From an uncultured virus (IMG/VR IMGVR_UViG_3300013121_000030) (taxonomy: Duplodnaviria; Heunggongvirae; Uroviricota; Caudoviricetes): 64,000 bases of DNA. Positions 30,878-40,614 of this stretch are shown here, in pieces. The translations under genes were made by a program, and so were the position numbers. The notes under the pieces are model-generated. The model saw nothing but the letters and a program-made list of their open reading frames with translations, was not told the DNA's origin and did not search any database. Where the stretch lies: positions 160,001-224,000 of the IMG/VR virus record IMGVR_UViG_3300013121_000030. The stretch is one strand, 5' to 3'. Position 1 is the first letter of the stretch; every line of letters begins with the position of its first letter.

Positions 30878-31767
30878 GTTCCCCACAACTCCTTCTCTGT
30901 CCAAATCTCAAAACCCCATCCCCGACTCTCGCTCAGTCTCTTTGAGAGGTCGAGTCTTCTCCACACCTTGTGGTCGGGGGAGAGTGTGAAAATCCAAGAA
31001 GCCTTGATTTCAACCAAGGTGATGTCGCCTCTTGTAAGATACAAGAGGAAATCCGGTTTGATGTGGTGGTTCTCAAAAAGGAAGGGGGGCTCATAATCAA
31101 ATTGTGCAACAGTTGGCATTCCCTCAATGATTTCTGCTGCACGAACTTCATAACTGGAACGAACCCAAAACCTAGGCGCTCGACATTTTTTGGGAGTAAT
31201 GTAGGATCCTTTTCCCCTGGACCATTTCACAGGGTCTTCTCCCATCCTCCTTGATTGCTCAACCGACCGTCTCAGTCTTTCTTGGGGAGACCTGTGGAAC
31301 TCCAGGAGATGGGCGCGATACGACTCGTCTTCCCATTTGGATTTTTGTTGGTCGCTGCGAATCCTTCGTTTCTCCTGAGTCCAGCCTTCTCGGAGGGCTT
31401 TGCGCTCTTCTGGTGTGCGGTGCCGTCCCCGGAGATGGTCAAAATCTCCAGCTCTCCACTGCCTCTCAAGTTGACCGGGGCGTTTCTTGCCTCTCCAACT
31501 CTCACCCTGAGTTCGAGCACTGGAGGCACGGTTCTGCTTACTGGAAGGATTCCACATTGCTGTGGTGAGATTTTGGATTGTCCCGTGGGACAGACCAGTG
31601 ATTGTCACCATTTCTCTCCATGTGGTTCCGGCAAGATGAAGCTCAGAGACAATTTTTTGTTTCTTCTCCTTGAATGGGGAAGCTCCTCGTCCTCGTTTAT
31701 GGAATTGCTCAAGAGTCAACCCGTTTTTTTCAAGGAGAGATTGAAGGATGGGATGAGGATTATTCAT
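30874..31767 (-). CDS. Free-standing homing-type endonuclease (basic repeats + PD-(D/E)XK, TnsA-like)
   Basis: VRSSYE..DYEP..IKPDFL..LVEIK; overlaps both intein-fragment genes. Confidence 0.75.
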   Translation of the reverse strand: MNNPHPILQSLLEKNGLTLEQFHKRGRGASPFKEKKQKIVSELHLAGTTWREMVTITGLSHGTIQNLTTAMWNPSSKQNRASSARTQGESWRGKKRPGQLERQWRAGDFDHLRGRHRTPEERKALREGWTQEKRRIRSDQQKSKWEDESYRAHLLEFHRSPQERLRRSVEQSRRMGEDPVKWSRGKGSYITPKKCRAPRFWVRSSYEVRAAEIIEGMPTVAQFDYEPPFLFENHHIKPDFLLYLTRGDITLVEIKASWIFTLSPDHKVWRRLDLSKRLSESRGWGFEIWTEKELWGT

Positions 31768-32290
31768 GTAGCCACCGTGGGGGGCCTTCTTCCTTCAGTA
31801 TCTCCCACAAATCTTTCATTGAAATCTCCAGTTGCGTCCCATCTACGTCAATTTCGATCATCTCATCGCCGGCTACACAGTTGTCCCGAAGCATGATGCG
31901 CAGCTTGTCGATCAGGCCAGCCACACATGTGGAGTAGACTTTTTGGCCTGTGGTACAGGATGAAGGATCGTCCACTCCGAATTCCTGAACTACAGTCTGG
32001 TCTTCTCCACTCACAGTCCGCTTGAAGGTCCACCGAATCCTGTAGGTCCCAGCAGCGGCCCCCATGGGCACGAGGAAGGCGGCGTAGTATTCCCCAACAG
32101 AGGGATGCACAGGGGTCCTCTGGGCTGGGCCTATGAGGATCTCGACTCCAGGCTCACCCTTGGACTTGTCTACGAAGTAGATCGCGTAGTAGATCGATGC
32201 GGCGTCTGTAGGGACACCATATTCGTTGACGAGGAAGATCGACAGATCGTTCCGCTTGGTCTCATAGCCAGGTTTGAAGCAAACAGCCAT
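31760..32290 (-). CDS. N-extein (137 aa) + split-intein N-fragment (39 aa)
   Basis: LRDN|CVAGDEMIEI block A at Cys138 (31879), then ISMKDLWE. Confidence 0.85.
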   Translation of the reverse strand: MAVCFKPGYETKRNDLSIFLVNEYGVPTDAASIYYAIYFVDKSKGEPGVEILIGPAQRTPVHPSVGEYYAAFLVPMGAAAGTYRIRWTFKRTVSGEDQTVVQEFGVDDPSSCTTGQKVYSTCVAGLIDKLRIMLRDNCVAGDEMIEIDVDGTQLEISMKDLWEILKEEGPPRWLHE

Positions 32291-32330
32291 ACCATTTTCC
32301 CTACCGGATAGAAGGGGTAATGTTCTGCGA

Positions 32331-32410
32331 GCCTGTGTGGCGGAATCGGTAGACGCCGGGGACTTAAAATCCCCTCCGAAAGGGTGTGGGTTCGAGTCCC
32401 ACCATGGGCA
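32331..32410 (+). tRNA. tRNA-Leu(UAA)
   Basis: GGGGA-CT-TAA-AA-TCCCC, variable arm, T-arm. Confidence 0.9.
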
Positions 32411-32442
32411 AGAAAATATTTGGATTATGCGAAGTCATAGAT

Positions 32443-33069
32443 ATGCCAACATTCTTGCAGAAGGTCCAAAAATTCTTCAACTCCCATGTGCGAGTTGCAG
32501 CGGGAAGCCAAGTCTTCGATGATGGAGATCCCCGAGCCCCCAAGACTCCGTGGGGTCCAGCGCAAGAGATTGTTCAGGTGGTTCCTGGTGTAGTTTGGGT
32601 GTACACCGCAGGACATGGGGGACTGAGGGTTTCTCCGGCAGTGGCGCGAAAGAAACTAACTCCAGCAGCAATCAAGTTGGCGGACAAATGGGGAGGGTCC
32701 CTGTGGTACGAGGAAGACGAAGCCTATGCCATTCCTTTGTATGAAAATTATCAATGGGGGGTCATCCTAAATCAATTGACGGGCGGCCAACGAGTTTCCC
32801 AAGAGCAGTTAGGGGATATGGTTAGGTCAAGGTTCCCTAACTATTTCAAAATGGTGGGAGAGGGCTATCAACTCCCCGCAGTGCCCAAAGTTGGTGGACA
32901 TCTCCGTGTCCTGAAGGACATTCCGTATGGAAGTGGAAGAATTGTCCCCGCCGGAGAAATTGTGGAGATCGTGGAGGTCAAGAGGTCCCGTTTGGTGTTC
33001 CGTTATGCCCAAAAACGGTGGTCCCTCTCATTCGAGTGGATGGATCGGGGCTATGCTGAAGTGGTCTAG
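32443..33069 (+). CDS. Hypothetical protein (DUF7007-like)
   Basis: TPWG..PGVVWVYTAGHGG..WYEED motif. Confidence 0.55.
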   Translation: MPTFLQKVQKFFNSHVRVAAGSQVFDDGDPRAPKTPWGPAQEIVQVVPGVVWVYTAGHGGLRVSPAVARKKLTPAAIKLADKWGGSLWYEEDEAYAIPLYENYQWGVILNQLTGGQRVSQEQLGDMVRSRFPNYFKMVGEGYQLPAVPKVGGHLRVLKDIPYGSGRIVPAGEIVEIVEVKRSRLVFRYAQKRWSLSFEWMDRGYAEVV

Positions 33070-33214
33070 GATCTTCCACACGGCAAATGATTCGGTGGTC
33101 CTTCGCCTGAGGGTCTCCATTGCATCTCAAAAAAATACCAAGACCCGCCCAAGTCCACAGTCCGAAACCACCATGAGGGCATTTAACCTCTTCTTCGATC
33201 ATCTGTGAGAAGAT

Positions 33215-34060
33215 ATGGAAAGCCGTATGAGTTTTCTGCGCTGGTTTTCGTGGAACGGCTCCAAGCGGTGGATCCTCGATTCGCTGTCTCAGGAGTTGAG
33301 GACATACGGGGCTGGGAAGTACCTCGAACCGTTTGTCGGGGGTGGCAGCGTTTCGTTTCTCATGCGGAAACTGCATCCTTCGGTGAAACAGATAGTGTCG
33401 GATGCCAACCCGTGGCTCATCTCGTGCTACGAACGTCAGGTTGCCGAGGAACTAGACTTCCGGCTTCCTGACAACCTGCATGATTACGAGTATTGGAGAT
33501 CATTTACGGACAATCGTATTGGCGAATTGGACTTGCACGACAGGGTAATTCGGTTTGCCGTGTGTCTCACAACGGCGTGGGGAAATAGGTGGAAAACGGA
33601 GGAGGATGGTCGCTTCACGAAAAGTTCAACCCCGATCGACTGGAAGCGAGCAGATCACGACTATGTGAGGACCAAGATCGAGAACTTCCTCAAGGTTCGG
33701 TGGCTCAAGACTGGGTTCGACCAAGTCTTGTCGGGAGACTGGAGGAAGGCTGTAACCTATGCAGAACCGGGGGATCTTGTGTACCTCGACCCGCCTTACC
33801 CAGAGACGTTGGGTTACGGGAACCAGATTTGGACCTTGAACGACATGCTTGACGTGATAGACTGGATTGCGGACGCAGTTCAGCGAGGTGTCAACGTCGT
33901 GGCGAGCAACGTGTCCGACTTGGAACGGCTCTACAAACGAGCTGGGCTACGAACTTTCACGGTGCCGAGTCCAACTCGGTCGAACACCCGCAGGGCTCGT
34001 GTGGAGATTATCGGAACAAGCCTCCCAGAGGTTAGACCTTTCTTTGGAATTGAGTCGTGA
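33215..34060 (+). CDS. Dam-like (D12 class) DNA adenine methyltransferase
   Basis: WNGSK, YLEPFVGGGSV, SDAN, VYLDPPY. Confidence 0.88.
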   Translation: MESRMSFLRWFSWNGSKRWILDSLSQELRTYGAGKYLEPFVGGGSVSFLMRKLHPSVKQIVSDANPWLISCYERQVAEELDFRLPDNLHDYEYWRSFTDNRIGELDLHDRVIRFAVCLTTAWGNRWKTEEDGRFTKSSTPIDWKRADHDYVRTKIENFLKVRWLKTGFDQVLSGDWRKAVTYAEPGDLVYLDPPYPETLGYGNQIWTLNDMLDVIDWIADAVQRGVNVVASNVSDLERLYKRAGLRTFTVPSPTRSNTRRARVEIIGTSLPEVRPFFGIES

Positions 34061-34109
34061 AGAAGTCGCGCCTCATCTTCCTCCCACCCGGTTACTAACC
34101 CGGGCAAGG

Positions 34110-34814
34110 TCAATCTAATTGTGCTGCGAGAAGGCTCTGAATGAAGCCCGGGTCTACTGAGAAACTGGGATGCGGGAACGGACCGCTACGAAGCATTCCT
34201 TGACCTCGCTGTTGGGGGATGGGGAGATTTCCCCACTCGATCCCCTTTGAGGTCAGCATCTTGCACACATCCTCGGTGCTCTTGCCCATCAACATCTTGT
34301 GCGGGAAGTGGGCCTGCCCCAGCGACAGGATAGAATTGCGGATGGCGTCCCTCTCCCTCCAGAGGAAGTAGTTGTTCACTTCCTCTGGAGGCAAGACGAA
34401 CACCCGCGCGTCGAAGTGCGCCGGACGATCCACTTGGAATCGCTGGAGCATGGTGAGTGAGAAGCTCACCGAGGCAATCGCCGCGGCAACAGACACGATC
34501 TTCTGGACACGTCCGCCAAACCATGGTTCTGTTTCCAGTGTCATGTCAGTTCGGATGAGAACCGAGATCTCGTCGCTCTGGAAATAGCCGAAGACGGCTC
34601 CTGAGATTTCGTGGAGCAAGTCGGCAGTGGCCTTCTCCATCGCTTCATGGATTCTGGGATCAAAAGGCTTATCGAAAGCCTTGGTGTAGGTGTGGAAGGC
34701 CCTCCCATCCACCCTCAGGAGGATGGGGAGCCTTCGGGTGAGGAGGATATCCGGGACCCCCTCGTAACCCTTCATTCGTTCTCCAAGTCCAATCATGAAC
34801 TTGGATACCCTCAC
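34110..34814 (-). CDS. Thg1-like tRNA-His guanylyltransferase / 3'-5' polymerase
   Basis: RMKGYE, RVDGRAFH, YFQSDEIS, FGGRVQK, FDAR, YFLWR..DAIRN. Confidence 0.92.
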   Translation of the reverse strand: MRVSKFMIGLGERMKGYEGVPDILLTRRLPILLRVDGRAFHTYTKAFDKPFDPRIHEAMEKATADLLHEISGAVFGYFQSDEISVLIRTDMTLETEPWFGGRVQKIVSVAAAIASVSFSLTMLQRFQVDRPAHFDARVFVLPPEEVNNYFLWRERDAIRNSILSLGQAHFPHKMLMGKSTEDVCKMLTSKGIEWGNLPIPQQRGQGMLRSGPFPHPSFSVDPGFIQSLLAAQLD

Positions 34815-35011
34815 CAGATGTCGAGGTCCAGGGACTCACCCGGACCGAGTTCCTCGATGTCGAAGAAGACGTCGTCGTAGTTGCAGGCGAGGTCATCTGC
34901 CCCCTGGAAGGAGGAGGCGGGGCCTTCGATGAAGCTTCCATTGTCGCCGTGGATGATGGCAACGAAGACGGTGGAGGTGGTGGTGTTCTTGAACGAGCGA
35001 GCCATGTTTCA

Positions 35012-35040
35012 AGTGTAGCACGCCGGCTCCCATGTTACAC
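35012..35040 (-). promoter_or_regulatory. Phage promoter-like motif; leaderless ATG at 35005
   Basis: GTGTAAC-N11-CGTGC-TACACT-N6-ATG. Confidence 0.8.
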
Positions 35041-35472
35041 GGGCATGGAGATAGTATCTGCGGTCCAGTCCACAAACCCCCACTTGTAGAGGTCTGCGAC
35101 GACACTCTCTGGCCACTTCCGCGCATCGCAGGGACCCTTCTCCACCGCGGAGAGGATCTCTTGATGCTGGGGGGAGAGATCCTCCACTGACTTCGTGGGT
35201 GCGTAGTCAGGGATGTGGCGCTCATCCATCAGCTCCTTGAAGGTTCCCAGGCGGACACGGGGGGATTCTCCCTCAAAGAGGAAGCCAAGAAGCGTCTGGC
35301 CAGGACGGCCCACCGCATGGAAGGCCCACCCTGCAGGGCAGAGGTTGGAGGCATCCCACTTCCAGCACGTGGTGGCCTTGGGGAAGTAGGGAGCGGTGAA
35401 ATCGCTCATCTCCACGAGTTGGAGACGAAGTTCCAGGGGGAAGTTCTCGAATGATGTGATATGGAGAGGCAT
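35035..35472 (-). CDS. Hypothetical protein (leaderless)
   Basis: ATG 7 nt below motif 35480-35508. Confidence 0.6.
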   Translation of the reverse strand: MPLHITSFENFPLELRLQLVEMSDFTAPYFPKATTCWKWDASNLCPAGWAFHAVGRPGQTLLGFLFEGESPRVRLGTFKELMDERHIPDYAPTKSVEDLSPQHQEILSAVEKGPCDARKWPESVVADLYKWGFVDWTADTISMPV

Positions 35473-35479
35473 CCTCACC

Positions 35480-35508
35480 AGGATAGCACGCAGTTCCCAA
35501 AGTTACAC
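35480..35508 (-). promoter_or_regulatory. Phage promoter-like motif
   Basis: GTGTAAC-N11-CGTGC-TATCCT. Confidence 0.75.
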
Positions 35509-35539
35509 TGACATTCTCGTTGATCAAGCGTCCCATTTT

Positions 35540-37024
35540 ATGCTCCCCGACCTTCTCCCCACTATCACTGCTTTCTCCGACATCCGCCGTGCCGCAACGT
35601 CGGATGAACACAAATCCTCGTGGGGGCAATATTTTACGTCACCTCAGATTGCCGTCTACATGGCTTCGATGGTCCACGTCGCGCCAGGTCAGCACCTCTC
35701 GGTGCTCGACCCAGGTGCGGGCACCGGAATCCTCGGCGCTGCGGTCACATTGGTGGCGTTGGCGGCTGGGGCGAGTTCGGTGCGGCTGGTTGCGGTGGAG
35801 TCTGAGCCTGGGGCGCATGCGCTGTTGCAGTGCTCATTGGAGTTTATGAAGCTTCAGCTTGGGGAGGTTTTTTCGTCCCAGGTTCGAGGCGATGACTTCC
35901 TCGATCTTCACGAACCGCGCATCGGTATCTCGCCCTTGCCCATCTTTGATACAGTGATTGCCAACCCGCCGTACTTCAAGTTGTCGCCGACTGAGGTGCG
36001 CGGAGGTGATGCGCCGAACGCCTATGCAAGATTCATGGAGGTCGCAGCCCACGTCTTGCGCCCCAACGGCCAGCTCCTGTTCATCGTGCCGCGCAGCTTC
36101 GCTTCGGGCTATTACTTCAGGCGCTTTCGCAGTCGCTTTCACGCAGAAATGGTGCTGGAGTCGGTCCACCTGTTCGACTCGCGGGGTGATGCCTTCAGCG
36201 GGGACGAGGTGTTGCAGGAGAACATCATCGTCGCCTACCGCAAGGGTGGGGTGCCGCGCGAGACCATCAAGATCAGCAGCTCGGTTGGTGTGTTGGACTT
36301 GGACCAGCGGCGCTGCTTCGAGGCCCCGCGTGAGCTGGTGTTTCATCCAAGTGATCCGGCTGGCGTGCTCTTCTTGCCTGCTGACCCTCAAGACGTGGCG
36401 ACTATGCGCTCGGTCCAGGCGTGGCCCGAGCGCCTGTCCACCCTTGGCCTGGACATCTCAACCGGGCCAGTTGTACCCTTCCGCACCAATGCCATGCGGC
36501 GCGAAGCTGATGCGGAGACAGTCCCCCTGCTCTGGATGCAGCACATTCGCGCTGGTGAAGTGCGCTGGCCGCTCGGGGCAAGCTTCCGCAAGGCTGAGCA
36601 CATCTGCTTGGACGCGGGAGACAAACTGTTGGTGCCGAACCGCACTTATGTCCTCATGCGGCGCTTCTCAGCGAAGGAAGAGAAGAAGCGGTTGACTGTT
36701 GCTGTGCTTGAGCAGGGAAAACTGCCTGGCGTGCGGCTTGGACTGGAGAACCACCTGAACTTCATCCATCAACCTGGTGGCGAGCTGGAGCCACGCTTGG
36801 CATGGGGGCTCGGCGTCCTGCTTGGGAGCACACTCATTGACGACTACTTCCGCATCCAGAGTGGCAACACCCAAGTCAGCGCCACCGAGATCCGCGCGCT
36901 GCCCCTGCCAAGGCGGGCGCTTTTGGAACAGCTTGGCGACGCTGCGCGCGCTATTGGCGTTGATGTGTTTGGGTCCCAAAACAGTATCGACGCCCTTGTC
37001 TCAGACACCCTTTTGGGGTTCTAA
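35540..37024 (+). CDS. Orphan m6A DNA methyltransferase, BsuBI/PstI-like (gamma class)
   Basis: GQYFT, VLDPGAGTG, NPPY, ISTGPVVPFR, ENHLN, GNTQVSAT; no adjacent REase. Confidence 0.88.
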   Translation: MLPDLLPTITAFSDIRRAATSDEHKSSWGQYFTSPQIAVYMASMVHVAPGQHLSVLDPGAGTGILGAAVTLVALAAGASSVRLVAVESEPGAHALLQCSLEFMKLQLGEVFSSQVRGDDFLDLHEPRIGISPLPIFDTVIANPPYFKLSPTEVRGGDAPNAYARFMEVAAHVLRPNGQLLFIVPRSFASGYYFRRFRSRFHAEMVLESVHLFDSRGDAFSGDEVLQENIIVAYRKGGVPRETIKISSSVGVLDLDQRRCFEAPRELVFHPSDPAGVLFLPADPQDVATMRSVQAWPERLSTLGLDISTGPVVPFRTNAMRREADAETVPLLWMQHIRAGEVRWPLGASFRKAEHICLDAGDKLLVPNRTYVLMRRFSAKEEKKRLTVAVLEQGKLPGVRLGLENHLNFIHQPGGELEPRLAWGLGVLLGSTLIDDYFRIQSGNTQVSATEIRALPLPRRALLEQLGDAARAIGVDVFGSQNSIDALVSDTLLGF

Positions 37025-37300
37025 TGGGGCACCAACTCAGCAAGAATTTCAGAGCCTGGGTTTGGGAGCAGGGCAACCAAGGTTTCACACAGTTGTGAGC
37101 GACTCGCGCTCTCTCCAAGGAGCTGACCAGCGTGACCAACAGTCTCCACAAGAGTTCGGAGGGTGGGGCTGGCTTTCGATCCAGGGCGGTCCAGCTCGAA
37201 TGTTGTGACCATGGCCAACGATTTTGCGCTTCTGGGATGGGCAAGGGCATTCCGGAGAAGGATTCTCGCCAGGCTCAGGTCTTGAGCGGAAAGGGGAGGC

Positions 37301-37786
37301 ATGGTGTGTATACTCTGTATGAGAGAAGATTGCGTTATTCGGAGGGTTCGGGAGACATGGGGCCACCTTGGGAACATGGCTCCGTACCCCCTTCTTTTGG
37401 AAGATGTGGAGTGGAGGACCTCAGAGCATGCGTTTCAGGCGCTTCGATGCCCTCGTGGGCCTGTATGGGACCTAATCAATGCAGAGAAGTCCCCAATGGC
37501 TGCAAAGATGGTAGCCAAGGCGCATGCCGATCTCCGCGTGGTGATTCCAATGTCACCAGAAGATCTTGTGCTCATGGAGCGCGTTCTGCGAGCCAAGCTG
37601 GCTCAGCATGTGAATATCCGAGAACTCCTGAGAGAGACAGGGGACCGACATATTGTGGAGGATTGCACGTCCCGTCCACATGGAACGGGATTGTTCTGGG
37701 GAGCGAGGCGGACGGATCAGGGGTGGGAAGGGAAGAATTGGCTAGGGGTAAAATGGATGGAGATCCGTAATGGCAACAATCCGTGA
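37301..37786 (+). CDS. NADAR (YbiA-like) family protein
   Basis: WRTSEHAFQA, AKLAQH, LLRETGDRHIVE, FWG, GKNWLG. Confidence 0.88.
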   Translation: MVCILCMREDCVIRRVRETWGHLGNMAPYPLLLEDVEWRTSEHAFQALRCPRGPVWDLINAEKSPMAAKMVAKAHADLRVVIPMSPEDLVLMERVLRAKLAQHVNIRELLRETGDRHIVEDCTSRPHGTGLFWGARRTDQGWEGKNWLGVKWMEIRNGNNP

Positions 37787-38061
37787 TCTGTTTCCCTCCC
37801 TCGTTTTTTTGATTCAGCTGATCACCTACTTTTCCTGGTAGTGTGACCTCATGAGCAAATCCGACATTGAAGATCTCCGAAATCACCTCAAAAAGCTGAT
37901 TCTATCCACGCGAGATGAGAAAAAGATTGCCGTTCTGGTGGCCTCCCTCAACGAACTGTCATGGATGGAAGTTCGAGAGAAGCGCAAGAGCCGTCTACCT
38001 TTAGTCCGCAAGTTGGTGGAGACCAAGAAGGCATCCCCAAAGAAGGCAAAGGCCCTCCCCG

Positions 38062-38712
38062 TCAAATCAAAATCGTGATCCCTGACAACCGCCTGTAGGC
38101 GTGTTGATGAAGATCCGATACAATGGTGTCAATCGAATGGCCTTGCTCAAAGGCCATTTGGTAGACACCCGACTTTTCCTCCCGTACCTCAAATGGGTAC
38201 GGGTCTATGTCGCTCCTGTAGCTTCGGTTTTTCTGATTGTCCTCGCGGGTGCCGCAGATGTAACACGTTCGGACACTGGGGTGGAAGGTTTTGTCCCAGT
38301 TGTCCTCTTCATATCCGTGTGAATAGTATCCAACTCCATGGGGGCAATGAGCCCGCAGAATTTTCAGGTGGTTGTCGCATGCCTCCTGTCGACGGCGGAT
38401 CGCTGCGATGGTGTCAGTCTCTTCATTTGTGGGGACGCAAACTTCCAAAAGAACGTCATATGGCACACGGAGGGGACCCTCCAGGGCAGCTCGAAGAGTC
38501 TCGAATGTCTGAATGCGAAACGCCCACCACCTCAAAAGTTTGACCTGGTGATCTAGGTCTGCGACTTTGGAGCGAAGGCATCCAATGGTTTGCTTGGTCT
38601 CTGAGGAGAGCGCAAGCAACATGTCCACATGCTGGAGGAGGAGAGTGGGGTCAACATTTGCCATAGGGCCTGATCTCAAACTCGAATCCTCCCCTGAGCA
38701 CATCGTCTCCAA
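38062..38712 (-). CDS. Hypothetical protein with Cys/His cluster
   Basis: HCPH..RTCYICG; start uncertain. Confidence 0.5.
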   Translation of the reverse strand: METMCSGEDSSLRSGPMANVDPTLLLQHVDMLLALSSETKQTIGCLRSKVADLDHQVKLLRWWAFRIQTFETLRAALEGPLRVPYDVLLEVCVPTNEETDTIAAIRRRQEACDNHLKILRAHCPHGVGYYSHGYEEDNWDKTFHPSVRTCYICGTREDNQKNRSYRSDIDPYPFEVREEKSGVYQMAFEQGHSIDTIVSDLHQHAYRRLSGITILI

Positions 38713-39290
38713 ATTTCAGCTTGTTCAGATGAGGCAGAGAGGATCACATGGGCCTCATAGAGGAATTTGAGCGCCAGAGGATTGGAGGATCCTCGAACCA
38801 TGCTCACGACTCTATTCACCAAATCCGTAGAAAACTCCACCCAGGGGCAGGAGATTGAGAGGGATGGGCTAAGGAATGGCGGTGTTTGGGTGTATTCCAC
38901 CCTCCGAGGAGCAAGAGGAGCCGTGGGAGAACCTGTCACAAGGAGGTTGGGGAAAGAGAAGGGAAAGCTCTCATCTGGGATCTCTAAGGGAGAAGATGAG
39001 AACCAGTGGCGAAGGATGTGCTGGGCGACTGGGAAAAGTGGAATCTGGAGACTGCGAGAGATTTTTTGATTAATAGACCATCGTGAAATGGTGGTCGTTT
39101 TTAGAGTGAGTGTCACCTCGCACCAAGTCTCCTCCCAAACGCCAATCAGATCTTTTCGCTGGGCGAAAAGATCCTCGGGCTTTTCTTCTGGGCCCCACCA
39201 CTCAGACCACAAAGGGTTGGCTGGGTCTTTGAACTCTGAGGGGGTGGGGCACTGGGCACTCGCCAAGAAGATCATTTCCCTTATTGACAT
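38676..39290 (-). CDS. Hypothetical protein
   Basis: 204-aa ORF in coupled operon. Confidence 0.5.
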   Translation of the reverse strand: MSIREMIFLASAQCPTPSEFKDPANPLWSEWWGPEEKPEDLFAQRKDLIGVWEETWCEVTLTLKTTTISRWSINQKISRSLQIPLFPVAQHILRHWFSSSPLEIPDESFPFSFPNLLVTGSPTAPLAPRRVEYTQTPPFLSPSLSISCPWVEFSTDLVNRVVSMVRGSSNPLALKFLYEAHVILSASSEQAEIWRRCAQGRIRV

Positions 39291-40225
39291 CCCCCAAGGA
39301 CATACCCTTCTGACTTGTACTCGGCCTCAAAGAGAGCCACACACTGGGAATCTTCTTCACAGGTGGCGTCCTGGCATGCTCCCGCGACGCAGCTCTTGTT
39401 GTAGGGGAAATCCTTGCAGGTGAATCCAGGGGGAGGATTGGTGCAGCAGTCCTCATCCTTTTCACACGGCTCCCTCGTGTACCTGCATGTCGCATGGCAC
39501 CCGTCACTCACGCATCCAAATGTGTACCATCCGCGATTTTTGAGGGTGATCTCGTAGTGAGCATCACACTCCATGTCTGAGGCACAGTCCACCGGCTCAC
39601 AGGACCCCTCAACACATGACTTGTGGTAGGGGAAATCCATGCAGGTATATCCCTTGGGAAGAGTGTTGGGGTCGCAACAGTCTGCATCCTCCACGCACTC
39701 CGGAGGAATATCGAGGATGCAGATGTTCTGCACTGGAGAGTCACACCTCTCTTGATGGGGGAGGCACCCCTTCCCAGTGAGTTCTGGGTGTGCATCGTGC
39801 ATGAACCCAAAGAAGGGGCGGCACTCGTCGACACTGGAACATGTGATGTCTTGCTTACACACCCCCTGTTCACATGTATAGATGTACGGCACAGTTTCAT
39901 TGCAAGTGAAGATCGCAGGGAGATTGTCGGGGCAACAATCCTTGGCGGACTCGCAGGGCCTGTCAAAATGACAGGTCTTGGGTTCAGGGAGACACACACA
40001 CCCATGCCCTTCTCCGCCTGTTGAGGATTCCGCCCCCAAGGTTTCAGTGGCTGTGGATGTGGGGGACCCAGAGGATTCCACGGGGCCGCCAGTGGAAGCG
40101 CCGCCAGAAGTGGTTCCTCCTGACGTGGAGGCTCCAACAGCGGTGTCAGTACCTGTGCTCTCCCCCGAAGAGGGCTCACAGGCAAAAGAGAAGGAAACAA
40201 GGATTGTGAAGATTCGTGTGTTCAT
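39281..40225 (-). CDS. Cys-rich repeat lipoprotein
   Basis: Lipobox SFAC, S/T/G linker, three CxxxxDCC..TC..PY...C..G.C repeats. Confidence 0.75.
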   Translation of the reverse strand: MNTRIFTILVSFSFACEPSSGESTGTDTAVGASTSGGTTSGGASTGGPVESSGSPTSTATETLGAESSTGGEGHGCVCLPEPKTCHFDRPCESAKDCCPDNLPAIFTCNETVPYIYTCEQGVCKQDITCSSVDECRPFFGFMHDAHPELTGKGCLPHQERCDSPVQNICILDIPPECVEDADCCDPNTLPKGYTCMDFPYHKSCVEGSCEPVDCASDMECDAHYEITLKNRGWYTFGCVSDGCHATCRYTREPCEKDEDCCTNPPPGFTCKDFPYNKSCVAGACQDATCEEDSQCVALFEAEYKSEGYVLGGCQ

Positions 40226-40587
40226 GGGAAGACTGGGCTCAATGCCTCCTCAACGGGAGGGAAGAGGGCATCCTTGAGGATTTCTCGGCATTGTTGGTTG
40301 GAGTCAATGATCGGGCCAAAGATGCAGCGAAGCTTCTCCGCGATGTAAAGCATGTGATGTGGTTGGACAGGCAGGGCTTCCCCCGTGTGCTCAGTGAGCA
40401 AGGGAAACGGAATTCTCTTCTCAGCTGCGTCTTGGCACACTTTGATGTACTCGTTCATGAGTCCGCAAAACTCAATGAAGGGATGGTTTCCTGTGGAAAC
40501 CGCCCCCACATAGAAAGCGTCCGAAACTCTCCTCATCTTCGTGCAGATCTCATGGAGTTCCCCTGTGGTGTAGGTTTCATCCTGCAT
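40222..40587 (-). CDS. Hypothetical protein
   Basis: 121-aa ORF, ATGA-coupled. Confidence 0.65.
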   Translation of the reverse strand: MQDETYTTGELHEICTKMRRVSDAFYVGAVSTGNHPFIEFCGLMNEYIKVCQDAAEKRIPFPLLTEHTGEALPVQPHHMLYIAEKLRCIFGPIIDSNQQCREILKDALFPPVEEALSPVFP

Positions 40588-40614
40588 GCTTGGAATACCC
40601 CGATGCGTGGGTGA

